Shown one piece after another: positions 26,720-41,824 of a stretch of 64,000 nt of DNA. The DNA lies in assembly GCF_009914755.1 (NCBI RefSeq), contig NC_060929.1; one strand, 5' to 3'. Under the pieces are notes generated by a model. That model made no database searches. It worked only from the letters and a program-made list of their open reading frames with translations, and was not told where the DNA came from. A program made the translations under genes and the position numbers. Within the stretch, counting starts at the first letter, position 1, and every line of letters begins with the position of its first letter. Origin of the DNA: the human T2T-CHM13v2.0 reference genome, Homo sapiens.

Positions 26720-26930
26720 TAGGAGGCCGAGTGGTACAGTGAAAGAACACAGACAGACATAGCTTTAAATCCCAACTTTACCACTTAGCACTCTATGATC
26801 TTGAGGCAAACTACTTAACCTAGTTTGTAAAATAAGGCTAGTAAAGCCATCCTTGCTGGGTTGTTATTATAAGGATGAAAGGAGACAATATATATAAAGT
26901 ACCTAGTCTAGTAGATGATAAATGATAGCC
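26720..26930 (+). mobile_element. MIR remnant
   Basis: TTTAAATCCCAACTTTACCACTTAGCACTCTATGATCTTGAGGCAAACTACTTAACC...TGTAAAATAAGG. Confidence 0.55.
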
Positions 26931-28181
26931 ACACGGAATGAGGTAGAGAAAAAAATTCATCCAATATTAAATTATCCTTTACAAACCCATCTCATTACTA
27001 AATTTTCCAAAGAGAAGGGATTTAGTTGGACAAGTGCAAGTAGTCTCATACAACTTCTACAGTATAAAGTCACAAAAAAACTATCCTGAACTTTATCCAA
27101 AAAGTTCACTGAAATTATTGTGCAGTAAAATTCTGTAGTTGAATTAAGCATATTATTCTAATTAAATTTATAGACAGTAAAAGAAATAAACAGTTGGTCT
27201 TTACCATTATCATGGACTTATACTACCATTTATTTCAGCATTAAACCCCTAAAATGGTAGCTAGTTGCCCCATATATGTGTATGTGTATGTGCATATGTA
27301 TAAATATGTATACACACACATAGTCTAAACACCAGAGGAGGAAATAGCAAGAAAAATGTATTTGACAGCAACTCAAATATAACTCTATGTTAATATCTAT
27401 AATTGTATTAGTGTCAGTTATTCCCAACATCACTGCCAAAGAAAATAGTATCATTAAGGATACAGACCAAATAACTAACTATAAGTTCTAAATGAGACAG
27501 TAAGTTTTAAAAACACTTACACAGTAGTAAGCATTTTCACAATTATAAAGATCTTTATTTCACATTATCTTTATGATTATTCATATGACTAATAAAGTCA
27601 ACCTTGGATCAGCAAGTTCTACAACAACCTGGATAGTTTTTAGGCTATGGTCTGAACTAGAAAAGAACTTCAAAAGATAGCCGTACAAAAACACATGGAC
27701 AATCACTGCAGTTTTGCACTCAGAAAGCCCCATCCTTAGGGGAAGGAGGAGAGCCCCACATCAAGGGAGCACCCCGTGAAACAAAAGAATCTGAACAGTA
27801 GCCCTTAAGTGCCAGATCTTCACTCTGACATGGTCTACCCAAATGAGAAGGAACCAGAAAAACAATTCTGGTAACATAACAAAACAAGGTTCTTTAATCC
27901 CCCCCACCAAAAATCACACTAGCTCACCAGCAATGAATCCAAACCAAGACAAAATCTAAATTGCCAGAAAAAAGAGTTCAGAAGGTCAATTATTAAGCTA
28001 CTCAAGGAGGCACCAGAGAAAGGTGAATACCAACTTAAAAAAACTGTTTAAATATTACAGGATATGAACGGAAAAATCTCCAGAGAAACAGCCAGCATAA
28101 ATAAACAATCAGAACTTCTGGAAATGAAGGACACACTTAGACAAATGCAAAATACACTGGAAAGTCTCAGCAATAGAATTA

Positions 28182-28661
<480 letters not shown>

Positions 28662-29724
28662 CTAAAAGTCTGGAAAATGTTTTTAAGGAAATAATCAAGG
28701 AAAACTTCCCTGGCCTTGCTAGAGATCTAGACATCCAAATACCAGAAGCTCAAAGAACACCTGGGAAATTCATCACAAAAAGATCATCGTTTAGGCACAG
28801 AGTCATCAGGTTATCTAAAGTCAAGACAGGAAACAATTTTAAGAGTGTGGGGAAAAAACATCAGGTAACCTATAAATAAAAACCTATCAGATTAACAGCA
28901 GACTTCTTAGCAGAAACCCTACCAGCTAGTAGGAATTTGGGTCCTACTTTAGCCTCCTTAAACAAAACAATTATCAACCAAGAATTTTGTATCCAGAGAA
29001 ACTAAGCTTCATAAATGAAGGAAAGATATAGTCTTTTTCAGACAATCAAATGCTGAGAGAACTCACCACTAGCAAGCCAGCACTACAAGAACTACTAAAA
29101 GCAGCTCTAAATCCTGAAACAAATCCTCAAAATACACCAAAATAGAACCTCCTTAAAGCATAAATCTCACAGGACCTATAAAACAATAATACAATGAAAA
29201 AAAAAAAACAACAAGGTATTCAGGCAATAGATAGTGACAATAGTACCTCACATCTGAATACTAACATTGAATGTAAATGACCTAAATGTTCCACTTAAAA
29301 GATAAAGAATGGTAGAATGGATAAGAGTTCACCAAATACCTGCTGTCTTCAAGAGACTCACCTAACACATAAAGACTCACATAAACTTAAGGTAAAGGGG
29401 GGAAAAAGATACCCCATGCTAACGGACACCAAAAGTGAGCAGGAATAACTGTTCTTATATCAGACAAAACAATCTTTAAAGAAGCAGCAGTTAAAAAAAG
29501 ACAAAGAGGGATATTATACAATGATAAAAAGACTAGTCGAACAGGAAAATATCGCAATCCTAAATATATATGCACATAACATTGCAGCTCCCAAATTTAT
29601 AAAATAATTACTACTAGACCTAAGAAATGAGATAGCAACACAATAATAGTGGGGGACTTTAATACTCTACTGACAGCACTAGACAGGTCATCAAGACAAA
29701 AGGTCAACAAAGAAACAATGGACT

Positions 29725-29992
<268 letters not shown>

Positions 29993-32367
29993 GAGACAAT
30001 GGATTTAAACTATATCCTAGAACAAAAAGACTTAATAAATATTTACAGAACATTCTTCCCAAAAACTGAAGAATATATATTCTATACATCAGCATGTAGA
30101 ACATTCTCCCAGATAGACCACAAGACAGGCTACAAAACAAGTCTCAATAAAGTTAAGAAAATCAAAATTATATCAAGTACTCTCTCATATCATAGTGGAA
30201 TAAAACTGGAAATCAACTCCAAAAGGAACCCTCAAAATCATGCAAATACATGGAAATTAAATAACCTGCTCCTGAAAGATCATTGGGTCAACAATGAAAT
30301 CAAGATGGAAATTTAAAAAGTGAAACAAAAAGCTGGTTCTTTGAAAAGATAAATAAAATTGATAGACCATTAGTAAGATTAACCAAGAACAGAAAATATC
30401 CAAATAAGCTCAATTAGAAACAAAACAGGAGATACTATAACTGATACCACAGAAATACAAAAGATCACTCAAAGCTACTATGAACACCTTTACGCGCATA
30501 AACTAGAAAACCTAGAGGAGATGGATAAATTCCTGGAAATATGCAATCCTCCTAGATTAAACCAGGAAGAAACAGAAACTGAACAGACAAATAACAGTGA
30601 GAAGGAAATGGTAATTAACAAGTTGCCAACAAAAAAAGTCTAGGACCAGATGGATTTGCAGCTGAATTCCATCAGACATTCAAAGAATTGGCACCAATTC
30701 TATTGATGCTATTCTACAGATAGAGGGAATCCTCCCTAAATCATTCTATGAAGCCAGTATCACCGTAATACCAAAAGCAGGAAAAGACACAACAAAAAAA
30801 GGAAAACTACAGACCAATATCCCTAATGAACACAGAAGCAAAAATCCTCAACAAAATACTAGCTAACTGAATCCAACAGCATACCAAAAAGATAATCCAC
30901 CATGATCAAGTAGGTTTCATACCAGGAATGCAGGGATAGTTTAACATCTGCAAGTCAATAAATGTGATATATCACATAAACAGAATTAAAAACAAAAATC
31001 ACATGATCATCTCAATAGACTCAGAAAAAGCATTTGACAAAATTCAGCATCCCTCTATGATTAAAACCCTCCTCAAAATTGGCATAGAAGGGACATACCT
31101 TAAAGTAATGAAAGCTAACTATGACAAACCCACAGCCAACATTATACATATATGTGTATATACATACATATACACATACATGCACACCACATTTTCTTTG
31201 AAAATGCACATCAAAAGCACAATGCAATACCACCTTACTCCTGCAAGAATGGCCACAATCAAAAAATAACAGATGTTGGAGTGGATGTGGAGTGGACATA
31301 TACACCACATTTTCTTTATCCACTCATTGATTGGCATTTGGGCTGGTTCCATATTTTTGCGAATTGTGATGTTATAAACATGCGTGGTCAAGTATCTTTT
31401 TCGTATAATTATTTCTTTTCCTCTGGGTAGATACCAAATAGTGGGATTGCTGGATCAAATGGTAGTTCTACTTTTAGTTTTTAAAGGAATCTCCACATTG
31501 TTTTGCACAGTGGTTGTACTAGCTTACATTCCCACTAACAGTGTAAAGTGTGTGTGTATATATATATATACACACACATATACACACCATGGAATACTAC
31601 TCAGTCATAAAAAAGAACGAAATAATGGCATTCGCAGCAACCTGGATGGAACTGGAGACCACTATTCTCGGATGGAATTGGAGGCCAGGATTCTAAGTGT
31701 AGTAACTCAGGAATGGAAAACTGACATCATTTGTTCTCACTCATAAGTGGGATCTAAGCTATGAGGATGCAAAGGCATTAGAGTGATACAATGAACTTTG
31801 GGGACTCAGGAGAAAGGGCAGGAGGGGAGTGAGGGATAAAAGACTACACATTGGGTACAGTGTACACTACTTGGGTAATGGGTGCACCAAAATCTCAGAA
31901 ACCACCCCTAAAGAACTTATGTAACCAACCACCTGTTCTCCAAAAGCCTATTGAAATAAAAAATAAAATAAAATAAGCCTTAGGGGAGAAAACTGTTAAC
32001 CTAGTTGCTTTTTAGAATATAAAGTCTAAGATTATCTTTAATTATAAATATAATAAACCAGTTATGATAAAGACATAAAATTAAGGGCAATCACAGAGCA
32101 AATGTGTGTGTATATAAAAGAGAGAGAGAACATTCTATGTGGGTTCTATTTTTATATATTCAGTTTCTTGGCATCATAAGATTGTGTACATGTCTAGTTT
32201 ACCTTACTATGAGAGCAAGATCTTGATATTCTCTTTTTTAACTGTAAATAAGTTATTGCCATGACTTTTGTAGGTGATTTTTCAGCTTAGTGACTATAAT
32301 TACTGTAAAGCTTGATTTCCTTCTTGTTATAATAAACTGCATTAGTTTGAAATAAATAAATAAAAAC

Positions 32368-32995
32368 ACATGGAATATTATTCAGCCTTATAAAAGGAAT
32401 CTTCACTTGAGCCCAGTTTGAGACCAGCCTGAGCAACACACTGAGGCCCTGTCTCTACCAAAAATACAAAAGTTAGCCAAGTGTGGTGGCACCTGCCTGT
32501 AGTCCCAGCTACTCAGGAAGCTGAGGCAGGAGGATCTCTTGTGCCCAAGAGTTCAAGGCTGCAGTGAGCTGTGACTGGGCCACTGCACTCCAGCCTGGGC
32601 AACAGAGCAAGAGCCTATGTCTCTAAAAAAAAAAAAAAAAAAAAAATTAAAAAATTAAAAAGGAATCTTGACACATGCTACAACATGGATGAACCTTGAG
32701 GACACTGTACTATGTGAAATAAACCAGTCATAGAAAGACAAATACTTACGATTCCATTTATATGAGGTACCTAGAGTAGTCAAAGTCATGAAGAAAAAGT
32801 AGAAGGATGGTTGCAAGGGACCGGGGAGAGGGGAAAATGGGAGTTGTTTAATGGGTATAGAATTTCAATTTTGAAAGATGAAAATGTTTTGAAGATTGGT
32901 TGCACAATAATGTGAATATACTTAACACTACCAAAATAGTTAACACTTAGAAATAGTTAAGATGGTAAATTTTATGTTTTTTTAACTACAATTTA
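32368..32995 (+). mobile_element. L1MB-like 3' fragment interrupted by a partial Alu
   Basis: ATGGAATATTATTCAGCCTTA...CATGCTACAACATGGATGAACCTTGAGGAC...GTTAAGATGGTAAATTTTATG. Confidence 0.75.
32402..32660 (+). mobile_element. 5'-truncated AluJ-like element, TSD AAAAGGAATCTT
   Basis: Starts mid left arm; poly-A tail. Confidence 0.88.
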
Positions 32996-33737
32996 AAAGA
33001 CAAAAGATAACTTGGTTAAGGATTAACAAAATCCTCTTTGATGTGAGAATTTAACTTCTGGTTACTTTTTTTGGTTCTTTTCTTCTAGAAACCAGATAAC
33101 AGAGGTATGTCAACTACATTCCTAGGCAATATAACTTATGGAAAAAACAACTTCTGATTGGTAAACTAAATCTGAATTGCGAAGAACTATAAATGAATTA
33201 TATATATAAGTACCTTATGGAGATACCGAACTCTGGGCTTCCCTGTGTATGGCATGTACCTTAGGTGACACCTGGAAGCTATGCCTATGAAGTTATAACA
33301 AGAGACATTCATTCCTATGGGGCATGAATCTTCTAAGCTAGGGTGGCTCCTATGAATCTTGTCACCTTGCATCTAATCCATTACTCTGGAGCAGCCAAAG
33401 AAGATAGCTCCCAGATAGCTACGGGGACTGCTATAAGGACTCTACTAGAAAGAAACACCTAATGCTGGTCTGTTGGTAAGCTGTGGTTCCTGTCCTGTAG
33501 CATTCTGAGTAGACGAGTGTCCAGTGGGGCCTATGATAGTCTTACAAGTCTGAATATTTAGTTGAATCTAAGAAGACCCTTTGGTGGGTATTGCAACTAT
33601 CTTATCTTTAAATTGTGGATTAGACATCAGTAGCTCTATGCCATATTCAAGGTGTGTAGGTTGACTTGTTAACCAAAATATTTTCCAATGATGCTTTTGC
33701 TAATGGGGGGGTGGGAAGAGGAGGAATCCATTCTAAC

Positions 33738-33835
33738 CTCCCAGTGATCTTGTATATCCGGAATAGTACAATATTCTTTCTGTGGTGGTAGTTTTGCCTG
33801 CATCAATATGAGCCATAATTCCAATATTACGGATT
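33738..33835 (-). CDS. GFM2: GFM2 exon 5 (98 nt): [32 protein letters not shown]
   Basis: aacag|AA acceptor, GAG|gttaga donor; P-loop. Confidence 0.97.
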
Positions 33836-34256
33836 CTGTTTAAAAGGAAAAAATAAGTAAACTTTACTAAAATTGTAAAACCAAAGTATATATGCTATCC
33901 AAATTTCAAAGCTGGTATTTCTATAATTTATAAAACTGTGTAAAAACTAGAAAAATGGAAAACATTTAGAGTATATCCACATTACTCTGATAAGATAGCT
34001 AAGTAACAAAAGGGCTAACTACAACCTACAATTTTGAGACTATCTTATATTCATTCTAGAAAAGTGTGCTGTTGTTACATTAAAAATTTTTAGCATTAAT
34101 TGAGAAAAAATAGCTAAGATACATTATCAACATCTACTTAAAATTGGCTAGGGCAGAAAGTCATAGAAATTACAGCATTCACTCTTGTCCATCAGAAAAA
34201 ACCTGTAAATTTTCGTGACAGTCTATGGAAAAGCATGATATAATGATAGTACTTAC

Positions 34257-34314
34257 TTAGCTATGGGAGGACTGATGATGGAATGAAGGGATTTGATATC
34301 ATTTCCTATTAAGC
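34257..34314 (-). CDS. GFM2: GFM2 exon 4 (58 nt): GLIGNDIKSLHSIISPPIA
   Basis: attag|GC acceptor, TAA|gtaagt donor; phases match exons 3 and 5. Confidence 0.93.
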
Positions 34315-35789
34315 CTAATGAAAAGAAAGTTAAAATTGAACTGTTACATTTATGAAATTTTCCTTTAATTTATAAATGAAAGACTTTAAAATAACTTTAA
34401 GCAAATACTGTAAGTCCAAATAAAGTAAAATTCAAGCTAAATAAATCTAAAATAAACTAAAATTTATTTCCTTGCAATGTATAAGGAAAGCTATGGATGA
34501 CAATAAAACAAGGTAAAAGTTTTAAACATCAAGTTCTAGATCATATCCTCAGAAAAATACAGATTCACCCCAATCTCTGCCACCTACTTCACTTCCATTT
34601 ACAAAATTGTAGAACTAGAATAAATGCTCATAATAATAATCTTAAGGCAATGATCCTGAATCAAAGAAAAAATTTTAAATGCACAGTCCTATAAACCTGC
34701 CTTTTCCAGGGTTTGAAGAGCTAAGAGTGATCCTCATGTCAGCTGATAATGAATTATTATACAATTTGGAACTTGCCTTCCTCAGCAATCCCAGGACACA
34801 ATACCTTTAAAGACTGCCTGGGAGGTTTCACTGAATAGAAGCTATAACAATTTAATACTTTTGAAAGGCCAAGCAGTATTTCTTAAATAAAAAAGTCCAT
34901 ATGGCTTATTCTATGCTTAATATATAGTTTACTAATATTAAGAAGTAATTTCTAAAGAAACAAGGCAGTTACATTTGTAAATTTAATTAAAGCCTTCCTG
35001 TTATTTAAACCATTTCTCCCATGTTTCTATAATACAAAAAGGAGAATTTTATATTATTTTTGAAACTTCATGGTGGTTTGAAGATCAAAAGATAATCTAT
35101 ACTACTACAGTTAAATTCATATTAGCCAAATTCAGAGACCTAGATACACACCAATAACGTAGCCCATTAAATTAATCTGCCCTTGTAAGTCAACAGCCAA
35201 TCAGTATTTTTATTCTATTATTCTCACATGACAAACACAGTAATGAGAACAGCAACAGAATTAAACTAGTTTCATAGAGTCTACCATACACTTGCTTGTT
35301 TCAAACACAGAAAGGACATTCAAAAGTAAGTCAACTCCTCCACCTTCCAGCTTCTGATGCCATGTATCTAACCTAAACAATCCCAAATACTTAGCCAAAC
35401 TACTTATAACAATCCTCAAAATAAATTATTCTAGTAAATCTCTCTTGACAGAAAACACTTGCATAAAAAACAGAAATAAACTAGAAAAAGAAATTCACAA
35501 GAGCACTCTACAATTACACTCACATGTTAAACTTGCAAACTAGCTACTAAAGCCACCAACCTTTCCTTTGCTCAGCTCATCAGCGTGTTCCTCAGATAAG
35601 GAGCACAACTCTACTAGTATTTCCTTCTGGCACCTATCTGAACACTCCCGCCCCTAATAATCTCAAGGAAATAGCCAAGAAGTAAAAAATGGTTACAGAG
35701 CCCTAATAAGGGAGATTCTTGCAAACAAGAGAGAGAAAAGAGATAAAGCAAACAGCTTAGATAAAATTAGAAGACTCTAACATTTGTAC

Positions 35790-35874
35790 CTGGTAGAGAA
35801 CTGCAATTTCTTCCAAGCGGCACATGTGGCTTTAATCTTTTTAAACTTGCTCTTATTTTATAGCAGCATATATT
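35790..35874 (-). CDS. GFM2: GFM2 exon 3 (85 nt): [28 protein letters not shown] (basic, presequence-like)
   Basis: actag|AA acceptor, CAG|gtacaa donor. Confidence 0.93.
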
Positions 35875-36102
35875 CTAGTAAAGAGAAAAAGAAACTTGGC
35901 ATTAATTTTATTTTAGCATCACTTATTACAGTGTTAATATTGTAATTACGCTTTGTCAGAAGATAAAATATTTTGTATAGCTTTAAAGTAGTCCTAATTT
36001 ATTAACTCCAATTCTTTTAAAAAGTGACAATCCAAATATATCCTAGGGGAAAGAATAAGGATAAAATTAATACTGATTTGCTATTTTGAGCTGACCTTAA
36101 AA

Positions 36103-36570
36103 CAATGGTTTTCCTCAACCTGCAGCATTAGCATGGGCTGAGGGCTTGTTTGAAAAACATGCTTAGGCTCCAATCCAGACAAGAGAATCAGAAACTCTTG
36201 GGGATGGAGCCAAACAATCTGTTTAAACTAGCTCTCCAGTTGATTCTAATAGCTACAGATTGAGAACCACAACCCTAAAGTTCTGAAAGTCAGAAGCTGA
36301 GTCAGAAAGGTTAAATAAGGTATCTCACCCAGGATACACCTTGGTTTTCCTCTACATCTGCTGAAAGGTCTGTAGGGGGCAATGAACTCTAAAACCATTA
36401 GTTGTTTTCAGGATTTATTACAGTTACACATTAGAATCATCTGGAAAGCTTCTTGAAGACACGGGGGTGGGGAGAGAAAATGAGAACTGGAGGAACTGGG
36501 CAGTGGCATTTAAAAAAAATTCCCAGGGTGTCTCCAATGTAGCATTCAACTGAGAATCACTGAGTTAGAG
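36103..36570. mobile_element. MER5-type remnants (two)
   Basis: CAATGGTTTTCCTCAACC...GAATCAGAAACTCT...TTGAGAACCAC, and ACATTAGAATCATCTGG...TGAGAATCACTG. Confidence 0.55.
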
Positions 36571-37033
36571 CAGGTCTGCTTAAGGCCAAGCCTACCTCCT
36601 CTACCTTAGCTGCTTACCTAACCTTCTCATGTTCTCATGTAAAGGCTGAATATTCTCCACCTCAGTTTATGCCCAGACCACTAGATATACATTTAATAGC
36701 TGCCAATGTAGTTGGAATTGTTAGTGTATGTAATGATTTAGGGCCACCACAATCTGCTTTTTGTTTCATGAACTGCATATCTGTGCGATCTATATTATTT
36801 CTACATTAGTTACCAAGTTTCTGGCAATAATAAGCTACTATCCTCAGAAAATAATTCCACTGCATAATGACTAGGATAAGACCCAGTGTCTATCACAGCG
36901 TGCATAGTCTGAAAGCGTCAGCAATAAAAGCACTGAAGAAAAACTGGGTAACTCCTTGGGCCACTTAATGAGATCACAAATGGAATACAGAAATATATCT
37001 TCTTCAAAATGCTGCTCAGGTGATTTTTAAAGT

Positions 37034-37115
37034 AGCAAAAAAAAATTGTAGATGAATGGTAAGGCTTCTTAGCAACAACAACAAAAAAACTGTAGACGAA
37101 TGGTAAGGCTTCTTA
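37034..37115. repeat. Two-copy tandem duplication, period ~44
   Basis: TGTAGA(T/C)GAATGGTAAGGCTTCTTA at 37047-37071 and 37091-37115, each preceded by AGCAA plus an A-rich run. Confidence 0.9.
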
Positions 37116-37136
37116 AGGGTTACAGGTTCTCCCATA

Positions 37137-37860
37137 CAGCAGTCATACCCTATCCACAGGGGTTATATTCCAAGACCCCCAGTGGATTCCTGAAACCTCA
37201 GATAGTACAGAACCTAATTACTATCAATCAGAACATGGTTCTGTTCATGTCTTCTGCCCACAAACTGAATACCTTTTCCATCTTAACTGAGCTCTTATCA
37301 TGTTATGTGACCATAATTTTTGCAGTTTGAAGTGCAACAGTAAAACTAGCAAAAATGTCTTTTTCTTTCTTCACAATTTCATGGATAGAAGATTCATTCC
37401 TACCATAGATCTTAGCAACCTCAGCATATGATTTGTTTTTTTCCTTATTAAGCCAAGAATTTTCACCTTTTCACTTAAAGGGAGCACTTTATGGCTTCTC
37501 TTTGGCACATCCAAATTGCCAGCATCACTACTCTTGCGCTCTGGGACCGTGATTAAGTAAAATAAAGGTTACTTGAACACAAGCACTGCAGTATCACAAC
37601 AGTGAATCTGATAACCCAGATGGCTACTGACTCATGGGTGGGGAGTGTATACAATGTGGATATGCTGGGCAAAGGGATGACTCACCTCCCAGGTGGGATT
37701 AAGTGGGATGGCATGAGATTTCATCACAGTACTCAGAATGGCACACAATTTAAAACTTATGAATTATTTCTGGAATTTCCCATTTAATTTTCAGACCACA
37801 GTTGACTCTGAGCAACTGAAACAGCTAAACAGCAAAACCATGAATAAGGGGAAACTATTG
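37137..37860 (-). mobile_element. MER44-family (Tigger-type) element
   Basis: TA-flanked at both ends; TIRs resembling CAGTAGTCCCCCCTTATCC; subterminal GGAAATTCCAGAAATAATTCATAAGTTTTAAATTG on the minus strand. Confidence 0.8.
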
Positions 37861-38567
37861 TACTCCCTGTTAAGTCACTGAAGATAAAAAGAAACAACCC
37901 AAACAAGCTTTAAAGTAATCTCTCACTTAGCTATAGATAAAAAGGGTATTATTATGTTTGAGATTTAATATCTTTAAGTATACTGAAGATGTGATAGTTT
38001 AGAAAATAATTTATAGTGTTTTGAAGAGGATTCAGGAGTCAGACCAGAGCTAAAGACTAAAACAATGTTCCTGAGACAAATATCAGACTGCCGAAGAAGC
38101 TGGCTTCCAACAGCTCTGCAGAAGACAGCCAAAAGTAGTTGTATCAACCATTGTATAATTATGTTGTACTTTGATATTAACAGAAACTTTATTTCATAAG
38201 AGTCTCAATCCATGGATACTTAATATTACAAAGCACATTATTTGTTAGTAGTTTAAAGATGTGCATTAAGTGATGACATTCTTAGATATAAAACCCTACC
38301 CCTCCTTCAAAAACAACTGGCATTTTAGTACTCCATGAGACCAGTATTTAGCTACAGCTGTTCTTTTACTTTTAAATTAAGGTAATTTCCTCTTATATTT
38401 CTTAATAAATTAAGGTAATTACTTTCAAATTAGTTTAGCTTGAAGATTTCCAAAGGTTATGACTCAACTAAATTTGGAATCAACAGCTGATGAGATATAC
38501 TGGGCATTTTAGGCAGTAAAGGAGCTGAGGTTGTTAAAGGACACTTAATTTTATAAGAAATGCTTAC

Positions 38568-38630
38568 ATTAATATACACACTGGGTATTGTCTGATGACT
38601 CATTGCAAATATCCTCAAGTTGGTCAACAT
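38568..38630 (-). CDS. GFM2: GFM2 exon 2 coding part (exon 38568-38654): [21 protein letters not shown]
   Basis: ATG at 38630-38628 in caagATG context; tttttcag| acceptor before 38654; AAT|gtaagc donor. Confidence 0.95.
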
Positions 38631-39280
38631 CTTGATCCTCCAAACTGTTACTGTCTGAAAAAATAAATATACAAAATCAAAAAACTAAACTTATGTATTA
38701 CATGTCAGCAAGGCATATGTAAGTTAGACATATGTAATATGTATGGTAAAATGTATTACTTTTAAAAAGTCGGAACAATATTTTTAGCTACCAAAAATTC
38801 AATGCATCATTCAGAAAATGGAAAATTCTGATTAAATATGAGAAATATGGTTTTTAGGTTTAAAATGTCCCTTATTTGTCAATGTAATGTTTAAAGAAAG
38901 ATATGGCGATACAATAGAAATCAACTTATTGAAATTACAAAACATTGTATCAACCAAAATGCATTGTTATGTAAATGTATAGAATTAAGCATAAAAAGCT
39001 AAGCATCCACATATTAACTTGGTAATTTCTAATTGGCAGTAAAATTTATTGATTCATTTGTATACTCTGATTTTCCTACCATACCATGTAAAAACTAAAT
39101 CATGTAAAAAATATATAAAAGCAAGTCCTCTTCCTCTCTGATTATAGAAACTAAGCATCTTTAGTTTAAAAACATTTGCTAAATATTCACTATGTTTCAA
39201 GTACAATATCAAAGCTATTAGAAATATAAGGACGCAGCTGAGACTGGGGATGCTGGGGAGACAGACAGACCATGTTAAAC

Positions 39281-39498
39281 CAAGCTTGTCCAACCCGTGG
39301 CCTGCAGGCCACATGCGGCCCACGATATCTTTATATGCAGCCCAACATAAATTCGTAAACTTTCTTAAAATATTATGAGGTTTTTTTTATTTTTTTTTAG
39401 CTCATCAGCTATTGTTAGTTATCATTAGTGATTTTATGTGTGGCCAAAGACAATTCTTCCAGTGTGGCCCAGGGAAACCAAAAGATTAGACACCCCTG
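39281..39498. mobile_element. MER30 (hAT-Charlie) with perfect 8-bp TSD
   Basis: CAAGCTTGTCCAACCC...AAAGATTAGACACCCCTG; TGTTAAAC at 39273-39280 and 39499-39506. Confidence 0.85.
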
Positions 39499-39639
39499 TG
39501 TTAAACCATTGTGATCCATGTTATTAAGATATGTGAAACCTCATTACTACTCCTAAGTCTGTTCTTTCTGGATCTTAGCTAAGAAACATTCACTACTCTT
39601 ATTTAGAAAGTCATCTAATACTTACATTTGATTTCCTAA

Positions 39640-39973
<334 letters not shown>

Positions 39974-40601
39974 TGAATCCATTCCCTTTTCATTGGTAAC
40001 GCCAAAGTTCAGGGCCTCATAGTCTCTCCACAGTTGTGACTGTAATAGACATTTTCCTCTTCTTTAACTCAGTGGTTGTCAATAAAAAGATAATTTGCAC
40101 AACCCAGCCCTCCCCCGCCCAAGCCTATTCGTTCCCATTTATTCAACAAGAATTTACTGTGTGTCTGCCTACCCACTGCTTTCTAGATATCAGCGTTAAT
40201 GCAGTGAACAAAAGACAACAATCTCTGCCCTCATACTGCCTCTACCGTAGTCAGGGGATACAGACAACAAACAAAAGTAACGAATACAATACATAGTCTC
40301 TCCCACGATGATAGGGTGCTGTAGAGAAGAATGAAGCAGGAAAGAGGAATTGGGACAGTTAGAACTGTAAGTAAAGAGATCAAGGAAGGCCTCATTCAAA
40401 CAGTGACATTTAAGCAAAGACCTGAAGTAGATGAGGGAGGAAATTCGGGGGATTGAGGGACGGCGGGGAGGGGCGCATTAAAGGCAAAGAGATTATATAA
40501 CGTACTGTACCTAAAATATACAAATGCTAGTTACTATTTCTGGTTTTAAAGAGAATGATGAGATCACCTTAGAAAATGGAGCCTTAAAAAACTGCTTCAA
40601 A

Positions 40602-40896
<295 letters not shown>

Positions 40897-40911
40897 AAAA
40901 ACTGCCTCAAA

Positions 40912-41220
40912 GCCGGGCGCTGTGGCTCAAGCCTGTAATCCCAACACTTTGGGAGGCCGAGGCGGGTGGATCGCTCGTACCCGGGAGTTCGAGACCAGCC
41001 TGGGCAACACGGTGAAACCTCATCTCTACAAAAACTACAAAAATCAGCCAGGCTTCGTGGCGCGAGCCTGTAGCTCGCTACTTTTGAGGCTGAGGTCGGA
41101 GGATCGCTTGATCCCGGGAGGTCGAGGCTGCGGTGAGCCGAGCTCGTGCCCCTGCACTCCAGCCTGGGCGACTGGGCGAGATGCCGTCTCAAAATACCCA
41201 TAAAAACAAAAACAAAAACA
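40912..41220 (+). mobile_element. Alu (AluJ-like, CpG-rich), second of the tandem pair
   Basis: GGAGGATCGCTTGATCCCGGGAGGTCGAGGCTGC J-type right arm. Confidence 0.9.
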
Positions 41221-41824
41221 AAATACTGCCTCAAATACAAGCACTAAGAATTAATGAAAGTATTCTTTTGGTACAGTTCTTTTTGTTCATCAACTGAATC
41301 ACGCTGCAAGCTGTGAAGTAATTAAGGGAACTTCTGCAACTGTGCAGTAAAAGGGTAAACCTGATAGTGTATTTAAGTAGACGTACTTTCTGGTAGTTAA
41401 TTACTTCTTGACACTAGGGGGCCACTAAATACAAGTCCACTCAGCATTTGATTCGGTGCACCAAAATGCCTCAGAAATTTCTGGAATCAGTCCTGTACCT
41501 CCAAAAAACCAGAATGTTATCTTCTTCTTTTCTAACAGCTGCAAAGCCCCAGTAGTTCCATTTTTCTGTACACTAAGTTTTCATTCCTCAGTATCCTTCA
41601 CAATCATGCACACATTACACAGAGTGACCGGAACAAAGATGAGTCGACTTCGCCGAATGATAGAGAAAAACTTCCATACTGAGCGAACACCGAGGGGAGT
41701 CCGGAGGCCCTGTTGTCCTCTTCCGTGGCTGGCTGTGTCCGTCGCAGCCTGAAAGGTCAGCGGTACCCAGCGCTGTGACAGGGTCACAGGCGCGCGATGT
41801 CTCACAGCTCGGAGCAGTACTCAC

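Noticed and set aside
29999-31746. L1 ORF2-like ORFs as an active element
   Set aside because: Stops, frameshifts, Alu insertions, RT deletion and inversion make it inactive.
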